NCBI GenBank assembly: GCA_009782085.1
Contig: WQUN01000203.1
Span: 1-42,631 of the forward strand
Length of the DNA stretch: 42,631 bases
Direction of reading: 5' to 3'
Source: Bacillota bacterium
Lineage (GTDB): Bacteria; Bacillota; Clostridia; Lachnospirales; WQUN01
Under the pieces are notes generated by a model, which saw only the letters and a list, made by a program, of their open reading frames with translations, made no database searches and was not told the DNA's origin. Below are positions 22,322-29,556 of the stretch, in pieces. Positions within the stretch are counted from its first letter, which is position 1, and the number at the start of each line of letters is the position of its first letter. Both the position numbers and the translations under genes were made by a program.

Positions 22322-23827
22322 ATGGCTTTTTTCTACGAGCAGGAGTCCCACACGTTCAGCGAATATCTGCTGGTGCCCGGGTACTCCTCGCGTCAGTGCG
22401 TGCCCGGCGGCGTCAGCCTGCGCACGCCGGCCGTGAAATTCAAAAAGGGCGAAACGCCGCCTCTCTCCATGAACATTCCGCTTGTCTCCGCGATTATGCA
22501 GTCGGTCTCCGATGACGGTATGGCCATTGCGCTCGCCAGGGAAGGCGGAATTTCTTTTATATACGGGTCGCAGCCCGTCGAGCGCCAGGCGGAGATGGTC
22601 AAAAAGGTCAAGGCCTTCAAGGCCGGGTTCGTCCCGAGCGATTCCAACGTCACGCCGGAGAACACCTTGGCGGACATCCTCGCGCTTAAGGCCAAAACCG
22701 GGCACTCCACGGTCGCCGTAACCGACAACGGCACCTCCTCCGGCCGGTTCCTGGGTATAGTCGCCAGCCGGGACTACCGGGTCAGCCGCATGTCCCCCGG
22801 CACGAAGGTCAAAGAGTTCATGACGCCGCTGGAAAAGGTCATATACGCCCGCGAGGGCGTCAGCCTCAGCGACGCGAACGACATCATCTGGGAGAAAAAG
22901 ATCAACGCTTTGCCGATAATCAGCGAGGATCAGCGCCTCGTGGCCTTCGTGTTCAGGAAGGACTACGACGCGCACAAGGAGTACCCGCTGGAGCTTCTGG
23001 ACTCTTCAAAGCGGTACGTGGTCGGCGCGGGGATAAACACGCGGGACTACGCGGAGCGGGTTCCGGCGCTTGTGGACGCCGGGGCCGACATACTCTGCAT
23101 AGACGCCTCGGACGGCTTTACGGAGTGGCAGAAGCTGACGCTGGAGCATATCCGCCGCGAGTACGGCGACTCCGTCAAGATCGGCGCTGGGAATGTGGTG
23201 GACGGGGACGGGTTCCGTTTCCTGGCCGAGGCGGGCGCGGATTTCGTCAAGATAGGCGTGGGGCCGGGTTCGATCTGCATTACCCGCGAGGCGAAGGGCA
23301 TCGGCCGCGGCCAGGCCACGGCCGTGACGGAAGTCGCGAAGGCGCGGGGCGAGTATTTCAGGGAGACGGGGGTATATATCCCGCTCTGCGCGGACGGCGG
23401 CATCGTCCACGATTATCACATAACTTTGGCGCTGGCCATGGGCGCGGATTTCTGTATGCTGGGACGGTATTTCGCCCGGTTTGACGAGAGCCCGTCCAGC
23501 AAGGTGCTTATCAACGGAAGCTACATGAAGGAATACTGGGCCGAGGGCTCGGCGCGCGCGCGCAACTGGCAGCGGTACGACCAGGGTGGGGACCCCGGGC
23601 TGACCTTCGAGGAGGGCGTGGACTCCTACGTGCCCTACGCGGGCAGCCTGCGCGACAACGTCGGCGTGACGCTCTCCAAGGTCAAGTCCACCATGTGCAA
23701 CTGCGGCGCGCTCGACATCCGCGAGCTCCAGGAGAAGGCGCGGCTGACGCTGGTGTCGTCGGTGAGCATAGTGGAGGGCGGGGCGCACGATGTGATGCTG
23801 AAGGACGGGTATGGTAATAACAGATAA
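22322..23827 (+). CDS. guaB: IMP dehydrogenase
   Basis: The 501-aa ORF has [26 protein letters not shown], a CBS-pair insert, catalytic [12 protein letters not shown], and ADGGI...[11 protein letters not shown]. Confidence 0.93.
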   Translation: MAFFYEQESHTFSEYLLVPGYSSRQCVPGGVSLRTPAVKFKKGETPPLSMNIPLVSAIMQSVSDDGMAIALAREGGISFIYGSQPVERQAEMVKKVKAFKAGFVPSDSNVTPENTLADILALKAKTGHSTVAVTDNGTSSGRFLGIVASRDYRVSRMSPGTKVKEFMTPLEKVIYAREGVSLSDANDIIWEKKINALPIISEDQRLVAFVFRKDYDAHKEYPLELLDSSKRYVVGAGINTRDYAERVPALVDAGADILCIDASDGFTEWQKLTLEHIRREYGDSVKIGAGNVVDGDGFRFLAEAGADFVKIGVGPGSICITREAKGIGRGQATAVTEVAKARGEYFRETGVYIPLCADGGIVHDYHITLALAMGADFCMLGRYFARFDESPSSKVLINGSYMKEYWAEGSARARNWQRYDQGGDPGLTFEEGVDSYVPYAGSLRDNVGVTLSKVKSTMCNCGALDIRELQEKARLTLVSSVSIVEGGAHDVMLKDGYGNNR

Positions 23828-23844
23828 CGGAACGGAGATGGAAT

Positions 23845-25206
23845 ATGTTTGAGTTCAACAAAAAGACCAACCTCCTGGAGCGCAGCGAGACGCGCTACCA
23901 GCTCCAGGATGTAAAGGAGCCGAACCTGCACCGGAACCTCTTCCCCTACGACGAGATACCAAAGATCGCCTTCAACCACAGGATCGTCCCGATCGACATG
24001 CCGGACGAGATATGGATGACCGACACGACCTTCCGCGACGGGCAGCAGTCCCGCGAGCCGTTCACGACAGAACAGATCGTACATATATACGACCTGCTGC
24101 ACGCTCTCTCGGGGCCGAACGGCCTCGTTCGGCAGAGCGAGTTCTTTATATATACGAAGAAGGACCGGGAAGCCGTCCGCAGGTGTCTGGAGCGCGGCTA
24201 CGAATATCCGGAGGTCACGAGCTGGAGCCGCGCCTCCCGGAGCGATTTCGAGCTAGTGAAATCCATCGGCCTGAAGGAGACGGGGATACTGGTCTCCTGC
24301 TCCGATTATCATATTTTCCTGAAAATGAAAATGACCCGCCGCCAGGCCATAGACCACTACCTGTCCGTCGTCCGCGAGTGCATGGAGTTCGGGATCAGGC
24401 CGCGCTGCCACTTTGAGGACATAACCCGGGCCGATTTTTACGGCTTCGTGGTGCCGTTTGTCACGGAGCTGATGGACCTGATGCGCGACGCGAAAATGCC
24501 GGTCAAGATACGCGCCTGCGACACGATGGGCTACGGCGCGACTTTCCCCGGAAGCGTCATGCCGCGGAGCGTCCAGGGCCTGATCTACGGGCTCCACCAC
24601 CACGCCGGCGTGCCCCACGAGCTGATCGAGTGGCACGGGCACAACGACTTTTACCGGGCGGTCGTGAACGCCGCCTACGCCTGGCTGTACGGGGCCTGCT
24701 CGGTCAACTGCTCGCTTTTGGGCATCGGCGAGCGCACCGGCAACACGCCCCTCGAGGCCATGATAATCGAATACGCCCAGCTCCGCGGTGACCTCGGCGG
24801 TATGAACGCCGAGGTCATTACTGAAATCGCGCGGTATTTCGAAGAGGAGATCGGCTACCGCATCCCGCCGATGACGCCGTTCGTGGGCCGGAATTTCAAC
24901 GTGACCCGCGCGGGCATCCACGCGGACGGGCTTTTGAAGAACGAGGAGATATACAACATCTTCGATACGGAAAAAATACTCAATCGCCCTTGCAGCATCA
25001 CTATCTCCGGCACCTCCGGCCTGGCGGGCGTCGCGCACTGGGTGAACACGCACTTCGAACTGACCGGCGGGGACGCCTTCGACAAAAGGCACCCGGTCAT
25101 CGAAGCCATAAAGGGCTGGGTGGACGCCCAGTACGAGGAGGGGCGCGTCACGGACATAACCGACGGCGAACTCCTGGAAGTCGCGGAGCGTGTCATGAGG
25201 CGTTAA
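23845..25206 (+). CDS. HMGL-like / isopropylmalate-homocitrate synthase family enzyme, probable Re-face citrate synthase type
   Basis: MTDTTFRDGQQS is the DRE-TIM motif, with HFEDITRAD, ACDTMGYG and HGHNDF.. also present. The N-terminal extension ..QLQDVKEPNLHRNLFPYDEIPKIAFN resembles clostridial Re-citrate synthases as I remember them. The specific activity is not established from sequence alone. Confidence 0.85.
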   Translation: MFEFNKKTNLLERSETRYQLQDVKEPNLHRNLFPYDEIPKIAFNHRIVPIDMPDEIWMTDTTFRDGQQSREPFTTEQIVHIYDLLHALSGPNGLVRQSEFFIYTKKDREAVRRCLERGYEYPEVTSWSRASRSDFELVKSIGLKETGILVSCSDYHIFLKMKMTRRQAIDHYLSVVRECMEFGIRPRCHFEDITRADFYGFVVPFVTELMDLMRDAKMPVKIRACDTMGYGATFPGSVMPRSVQGLIYGLHHHAGVPHELIEWHGHNDFYRAVVNAAYAWLYGACSVNCSLLGIGERTGNTPLEAMIIEYAQLRGDLGGMNAEVITEIARYFEEEIGYRIPPMTPFVGRNFNVTRAGIHADGLLKNEEIYNIFDTEKILNRPCSITISGTSGLAGVAHWVNTHFELTGGDAFDKRHPVIEAIKGWVDAQYEEGRVTDITDGELLEVAERVMRR

Positions 25207-25211
25207 AACCC

Positions 25212-25367
25212 TCAAAACATATCGTGCACATTGTCCATCAGTTCGTTGGCCTTTCTGACCGCTTGCTTCTTCATCCTCCTGCGGGACTTGGCATCGGTCA
25301 TCGCCATGCCGACGCCTATCGCGCCGATTATGCTTCCCGCCAGGAGCCCGGTCGCAAATCTTTTCAT
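25212..25367 (-). CDS. Small (51 aa) membrane protein, YtxH-like N-terminus; not in the supplied ORF track
   Basis: ATG 25367 is preceded by GGAGGAAAAATAC. Translation is MKRFATGLLAGSIIGAIGVGMAMTDAKSRRRMKKQAVRKANELMDNVHDMF*, with the stop at 25212-25214. It combines a Gly-zipper TM helix with a basic amphipathic tail. Confidence 0.6.
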   Translation of the reverse strand: MKRFATGLLAGSIIGAIGVGMAMTDAKSRRRMKKQAVRKANELMDNVHDMF

Positions 25368-25408
25368 GTATTTTTCCTCCTTGTGCCGTGAATTGGTTGC
25401 TGATGTTA

Positions 25409-25522
25409 TAGGCTACCTCTGTAGACCCCTTTTTGTCATTCTGAGCGCAGCGAAGAATCTTATGTTTTGGCTGTATAAGATCCTTCGCTTCGCTCAGGAT
25501 GACAGTTTTTAGAGGTTGCCTA
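25409..25522. mobile_element. MITE-like element built around a family A palindrome
   Basis: Outer inverted repeats are TAGGCTACCTCT (25409-25420) and AGAGGTTGCCTA (25511-25522). The inner palindrome is GTCATTCTGAGCGCAGCGAAGAATCT...AAGATCCTTCGCTTCGCTCAGGATGAC (25435-25503). It is flanked by direct GATGTTA at 25402-25408 and 25525-25531, the right copy offset by 2 nt. Confidence 0.6.
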
Positions 25523-25576
25523 CAGATGTTATGGTCATAGTATTTGCGGATGGGAGTTATTTATTCGGTTGGCGAC

Positions 25577-25618
25577 GATTCAGTAGTTCTGATTCAGTAG
25601 TTCTGATTCAGTAGTTCC
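25577..25618. repeat. 14-bp tandem repeat x3 spanning the ylmH stop codon
   Basis: GATTCAGTAGTTCT occurs at 25577-25590 and 25591-25604, and GATTCAGTAGTTCC at 25605-25618. The unit is the reverse complement of the last codons ..AACTACTGA (N-Y-stop) of ylmH. Confidence 0.9.
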
Positions 25619-26390
25619 TCACCGCCACGATTTTTATCCTCCCGCTTTTCGTCTCCCCGCCTATCCCGATAATCCGCAGCCTGCCCTCGCCGCGCACGGT
25701 TATCACGTCGTTTTCCCCGACGCGCTTCGAGCCGTCGGATACCTCGTTCCAATTCACATAAACCCTGCCGCTCCTGACAAGCTCCGAGACTTTCCCGCGC
25801 GAGAGCTGATAGGCCGCGCCGAGCACGCAGTCGAGCCGGAGCGACGCGACGGTGAGCAGCAGTTCCTCCTCGCGGCGCGAGACGAACTCCGACTCCCGGG
25901 CGGGATCCTCAACCGGCTCTATCGAGACTTCCACGGGCGCGCGGCCGGCTTTTGCGAGGTTCAGGCGGATGAAGCCGCTCACGCCCCGGCAGACGTACGC
26001 TTTGGCCTTTCCCTCCGTCAGGACTATGTCCCCTATCTTGCAGCGGTCGAGCCCGAGGCCGGTCAGGGCGCCCAGAATATCCCGGTGGGCGGGGCCGCGG
26101 CGCTTGTCGAAGGCGAGCAGCACGGCGTCGATGGGATAGTCGCGCCAGGACAGCGGCTCCTCCGAAAAGCCGATGATTTTGCGCTCGCTTTCGGCTTCGC
26201 CGCCGAACGCCTCCGCGCAAAGGCCGCTCTCCTTGGACAGCAGCCGCGCGAATTTATCCGCCCGGACCGGGTCGAGAAAATCAGTGAAGGCCGGCGCTGA
26301 AGTTTCTTGGCATAAAAACAGCCGGTCGCGGGCTTTGGAGAGAAGCAGCCGCTCTTCCGGCGTTTGCGCGTTAGAATAATCTGAGGACAC
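25608..26390 (-). CDS. ylmH: YlmH-type S4-domain RNA-binding protein (division-cluster protein)
   Basis: The 260-aa ORF has FLDP......., an FtsJ-like-fold middle region, and a C-terminal S4 domain (LRLDCVLGAAYQLSRGKVSELVRSGRVYVNWNEV). Its position after sepF-yggT matches the ylm cluster order. The start is GTG 26390. Confidence 0.85.
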   Translation of the reverse strand: MSSDYSNAQTPEERLLLSKARDRLFLCQETSAPAFTDFLDPVRADKFARLLSKESGLCAEAFGGEAESERKIIGFSEEPLSWRDYPIDAVLLAFDKRRGPAHRDILGALTGLGLDRCKIGDIVLTEGKAKAYVCRGVSGFIRLNLAKAGRAPVEVSIEPVEDPARESEFVSRREEELLLTVASLRLDCVLGAAYQLSRGKVSELVRSGRVYVNWNEVSDGSKRVGENDVITVRGEGRLRIIGIGGETKSGRIKIVAVRNY

Positions 26391-26652
26391 CGATGATGAT
26401 CTCCTTGGCCAAAAGTATCACAAAATAGGCGATAAGCGGGGAGAAGTCGATCGGAAACCCGCCTCCGCCGCCGAAGGGGGAGCGCCGCAGAAGCCGGCGG
26501 ATCGGCCCCAGGATCGGCTCCGTCATGGCGTAGACGGCCCGTATCAGCGGCCCGCGCGGGTTTGGCGCGAACCACGACAGGACCACACGGATCAAAAGCA
26601 TGAATGTCAGTATATATGAAAACCAGTTTACGGCCCCTATGACCAGCGTCAT
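26371..26652 (-). CDS. yggT: YggT/YlmG family membrane protein
   Basis: The 93-aa ORF contains LLIRVVLSWF.PNPRGPLIRAVYAMTEPILGPIRR......FPIDFSPLIA, the YGGT repeat signature. A GGAGGGTG RBS is present. Confidence 0.9.
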   Translation of the reverse strand: MTLVIGAVNWFSYILTFMLLIRVVLSWFAPNPRGPLIRAVYAMTEPILGPIRRLLRRSPFGGGGGFPIDFSPLIAYFVILLAKEIIIGVLRLF

Positions 26653-26676
26653 TGCACCCTCCGGAAAGAACGGTTC

Positions 26677-26708
26677 AATAATAAAAGCCCCCGTCCAAAG
26701 CCGGGGGG
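26677..26708 (-). terminator. Candidate intrinsic terminator after sepF
   Basis: The minus strand reads CCCCCCGgctttggaCGGGGGCTTTTATTATT, a GC stem followed by a U-tract. Confidence 0.5.
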
Positions 26709-26709
26709 G

Positions 26710-26738
26710 TTCAGAGTGCCGCGGAGCGGCACTCTGAA
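26710..26738. repeat. Perfect 13-bp-stem palindrome
   Basis: TTCAGAGTGCCGC gga GCGGCACTCTGAA, located between the sepF stop and the terminator-like hairpin. Confidence 0.85.
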
Positions 26739-26801
26739 TTAACAGATAACAATTAACAGTGAAAAGTTAAAGATAAAAGACAAAAAAAGATATTATGTAG
26801 T

Positions 26802-27350
26802 CTATACCGTCTTATAGTGGCCGGCGTGCGTGCGGGAGAACATCGAGCCGAACTTGAACTCGCTTTTCAGCTCCCGCTTGAATTCGCTGGTGATCTTCAC
26901 ATGGGCCGGGGCCATGACGAAGATGTCGTCAGAGATTCGCTCGATCTCGCCGTTCTGAACGTAGACCGCGCCGCCGAGGAAGTCGGCGATGCGCTGGGCG
27001 AGGGGTTTGTCCACCTCTTCCAGGCTGACGACGATAATGCTGCCGAGCTTGAAATGGTCGCTCACGGCCGCCGCCTGCTCCATGTCGGACGGTTTCTGGA
27101 TCAAAACCTGGGTCTGCTCGGCGTTCCCGCTGTTGAAACTGACGATTTTTGAGCTTTCCCTCTCGATCATCGGCTGCCTCCCCGCCCGGGCGTACTCCGC
27201 GCCTGCCCTTTCCGCCCGCCTAACGCCGCGCGCCGGTTCCGGCTCCGCGTCCGCGAACTCCTCTTCCCCGTACATCTCGTAGTCGTCGTCCTCGTCCGCA
27301 AAACCGCCCAGCATCAGATTCTTTACCTTTCTTGCCACGTTCGCAAACAT
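26802..27350 (-). CDS. sepF: Cell division protein SepF
   Basis: ORF 26802..27584 is trimmed to ATG 27350, which has GAGGAG 7 nt upstream. MFANVARKVKNLMLGG is followed by an acidic linker. The C-terminal core is VLIQKPSDMEQAAAVSDHFKLGSIIVVSLEEVDKPLAQRIADFLGGAVYVQNGEIERISDDIFVMAP. Confidence 0.9.
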   Translation of the reverse strand: MFANVARKVKNLMLGGFADEDDDYEMYGEEEFADAEPEPARGVRRAERAGAEYARAGRQPMIERESSKIVSFNSGNAEQTQVLIQKPSDMEQAAAVSDHFKLGSIIVVSLEEVDKPLAQRIADFLGGAVYVQNGEIERISDDIFVMAPAHVKITSEFKRELKSEFKFGSMFSRTHAGHYKTV

Positions 27351-27463
27351 CCACATTCTCCTCTTTTTTGAAATTTCTCGACAGAGTCGAATGTTTCCCC
27401 TCCGGACGCCCGGGGGCATCCTTTTTGCGTACCTCCCAAAGACCGGGGCCTGTAAAACAGTCC

Positions 27464-28198
27464 TTAGTTTTCGGGGGCCGTCTGTATTTTTCTCTTGCCG
27501 AATATGCCCGTCCCAATACGCACGACGGTCGCTCCCTCCTCGATAGCGACGGCGTAATCGCCCGTCATGCCCATTGATAGACAATTGATAAATTCATTAT
27601 GAACAAGTTTTTTCCGTATGTCAACTAGTATTTCACGCATTTTTTGAAAATAAAGCCTGTTTTCCTCCGGAAATTCGACGTCCGGCGCGACGCACATAAG
27701 CCCGCGCAGCCGCAGATGCCCCATTTCCCCCAGTTTTTCGGCAAAATCCGGCGCGTCCTCCGGCCGGACGCCGTATTTGTTCGGCTCGGCGGCCACGTTG
27801 ACCTCGATCAGCACGTCCATGACCTTGTTTATCGCGGCGGCCCGAAGGTCTATCTCTACGGCCAGCGGAAGGCTGTCCAGGGAGTGGATCATGGCGGCCT
27901 TGTCCACGATCTGCCTGACCTTGTTCCGCTGCAAATGGCCGATGAAGTGCCAGTTCGGGCGGAACTCCTCGGCCTCCACGGCGGCGTATTTGGCCAGAAG
28001 TTCCTGCGCCTTGTTCTCGCCTATGTCCCGCGCGCCCAGGCTCAGAAGGGCGTTTATAATATCCGGCGGGACGGTTTTGGTGACGGCGACCAACGTGATT
28101 TCGGAGGGGGAGCGGTTGCTTCTTCGGGCGGCCTCGCCTATGCGGGACAGGACAGAGGCGTAGTTTTCGGCGAGATAGCCGGTTTCGGGGTGGGGCAT
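27464..28198 (-). CDS. yggS: YggS/YlmE-family pyridoxal-phosphate homeostasis protein
   Basis: Matches LVAVTKT, GENKAQEL, WHFIGHLQRNKV, LMCVAP, LSMGMTGDY..AIEEGAT.VRIGT.IFG. Confidence 0.92.
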   Translation of the reverse strand: MPHPETGYLAENYASVLSRIGEAARRSNRSPSEITLVAVTKTVPPDIINALLSLGARDIGENKAQELLAKYAAVEAEEFRPNWHFIGHLQRNKVRQIVDKAAMIHSLDSLPLAVEIDLRAAAINKVMDVLIEVNVAAEPNKYGVRPEDAPDFAEKLGEMGHLRLRGLMCVAPDVEFPEENRLYFQKMREILVDIRKKLVHNEFINCLSMGMTGDYAVAIEEGATVVRIGTGIFGKRKIQTAPEN

Positions 28199-28238
28199 TT
28201 GTCAGCACATCCTTATTGTAAAATGAAAAAATACGTTC

Positions 28239-28267
28239 TTGACTTTTCGGGGCATGAATGTTATATT
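28239..28267 (+). promoter_or_regulatory. Candidate promoter (TTGACT-17-TATATT) bracketed by a 10-bp inverted repeat (possible operator)
   Basis: TTGACT lies at 28239-44 and TATATT at 28262-67. The inverted repeat CTTTTCGGGG (28243-52) / CCCCGAAAAG (28277-86) brackets the -10. Confidence 0.55.
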
Positions 28268-28314
28268 ATTTACTGACCCCGAAAAGTGAGGTGATATTTT
28301 TGGGGGACAAAAAA

Positions 28315-28479
28315 ATGGGGCGTCCTACCGAAAATCCCAAAACCGTGTCGGTCAAATTTCTGGCCGATATAGAAACCTTTGAAAAGCTGAAGGAAAGCAG
28401 CGAACAGCTAAAGGTTTCACGGGCCGAAGTAATACGAAAAGGGATTCACAAGGTACATGACGACCTCGGCAAAAACTAA
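28315..28479 (+). CDS. Small ribbon-helix-helix (CopG/Arc-like) DNA-binding protein
   Basis: The 54-aa translation is MGRPTENPKTVSVKFLADIETFEKLKESSEQLKVSRAEVIRKGIHKVHDDLGKN. It shows a beta-strand (KTVSVKF) followed by two helices, with GGGGGA 7 nt before the ATG. The local patch is AT-richer than its flanks. Confidence 0.65.
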   Translation: MGRPTENPKTVSVKFLADIETFEKLKESSEQLKVSRAEVIRKGIHKVHDDLGKN

Positions 28480-28746
28480 AAGGAAGCGACGCGCTTCGAG
28501 CAAGAACCCCGCCGCTTCCCCGCCGACAAATGCCCGAAAGCAAAAGCAGCGTAAATACTCCGCAAAACGAAGTGAACCAGCTGACCGCCGTGGATAATCT
28601 CGTTTACGGCTATAAGTTGGGCGTGTTGATGACCGCCGAAGCCTTTATGACGAGCGATGGGTTATTCGAAGGAGAGGATAACGTCTGACGCGAAAAGAGA
28701 ATTGCTCCGACAGTCCTCTTTTCCATCTCTATCAGCACTATCAGCA

Positions 28747-29556
28747 TTAAATATCCCCCATCGTCCTTCTGAACCACTCCACCACATACTTCGGGTAGCT
28801 CTGCGGGAACAGCCGGACGAGCCTGTCGACCATCACGGCCTGCCCCACGCGGACGCGGCCCTTGCCGCGCGCCACGGCGTCCAGGATGATCTGAGCGCAT
28901 TTTTCGGCGGTGGTGGTCAGCATCTTGTCCTGATATATCTTGGCGGTTTTTGTGTCGTTTTCCAGCACGCCGTTTACTATGCCGGTTTTAACCCCTCCCG
29001 GGTGCACGACCGTCACCCGTACCGGCAGGCGGAGCATGAGCATTTCGGTGCGCAGCGCCTCCGTGAACCCGCGCACGGCGAATTTCGACGTGATATACGG
29101 GCCGAGAAATGGCTGAGCCATGATCCCGTTCAAACTGGAGACATTGATCACGTGGCCGTCGCCCGAGGCGATTAAGTGCGGTAAAAACTCGCGCGTCCCG
29201 TAGATGACACCCCACATGTTGACGTTCAGGATCTTTTCAAAATCAACATAGGGCGTGCTCTTTATGTCCCTGACCTGCGAGGCGACGCCGGCGTTGTTGT
29301 ATATCTGATGCACGATGCCGTAGCGGGCAGCGGTGTCCTTCGCGAATCCGGCGACCTGCTCCGCGTCAGAGACGTCGACCGTCTGTATGAAAATGTCTTC
29401 CCGGCCGATGATCTTTGCGGTTTCCTCCAAAGTGACCGGATTATAGTCTGCGAGCGCCAGCTTTGCCCCGCGTTTCGCCAGCCCTATCGCGAGCTCCCTG
29501 CCGATCCCCGACCCGGCCCCCGTGACGGCGGCGACCTTGTTTTCGAATGTGTTCAC
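28747..29556 (-). CDS. Short-chain dehydrogenase/reductase (SDR) family oxidoreductase
   Basis: Carries VAAVTGAGSGIGRE (TGxxxGxG), NNAG, S...YxxxK (YITSKFAV) and PGGVKT. Confidence 0.92.
   Translation of the reverse strand: MNTFENKVAAVTGAGSGIGRELAIGLAKRGAKLALADYNPVTLEETAKIIGREDIFIQTVDVSDAEQVAGFAKDTAARYGIVHQIYNNAGVASQVRDIKSTPYVDFEKILNVNMWGVIYGTREFLPHLIASGDGHVINVSSLNGIMAQPFLGPYITSKFAVRGFTEALRTEMLMLRLPVRVTVVHPGGVKTGIVNGVLENDTKTAKIYQDKMLTTTAEKCAQIILDAVARGKGRVRVGQAVMVDRLVRLFPQSYPKYVVEWFRRTMGDI

Noticed and set aside
28530-28688. 52-codon plus-strand ORF (MPESKSSVNTPQNEVNQLTAVDNLVYGYKLGVLMTAEAFMTSDGLFEGEDNV) downstream of the RHH gene as a possible toxin
   Set aside because: It has no ribosome-binding site, no recognisable toxin motif, and is shorter than typical partners. 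It is mentioned only as a possibility in the RHH finding.
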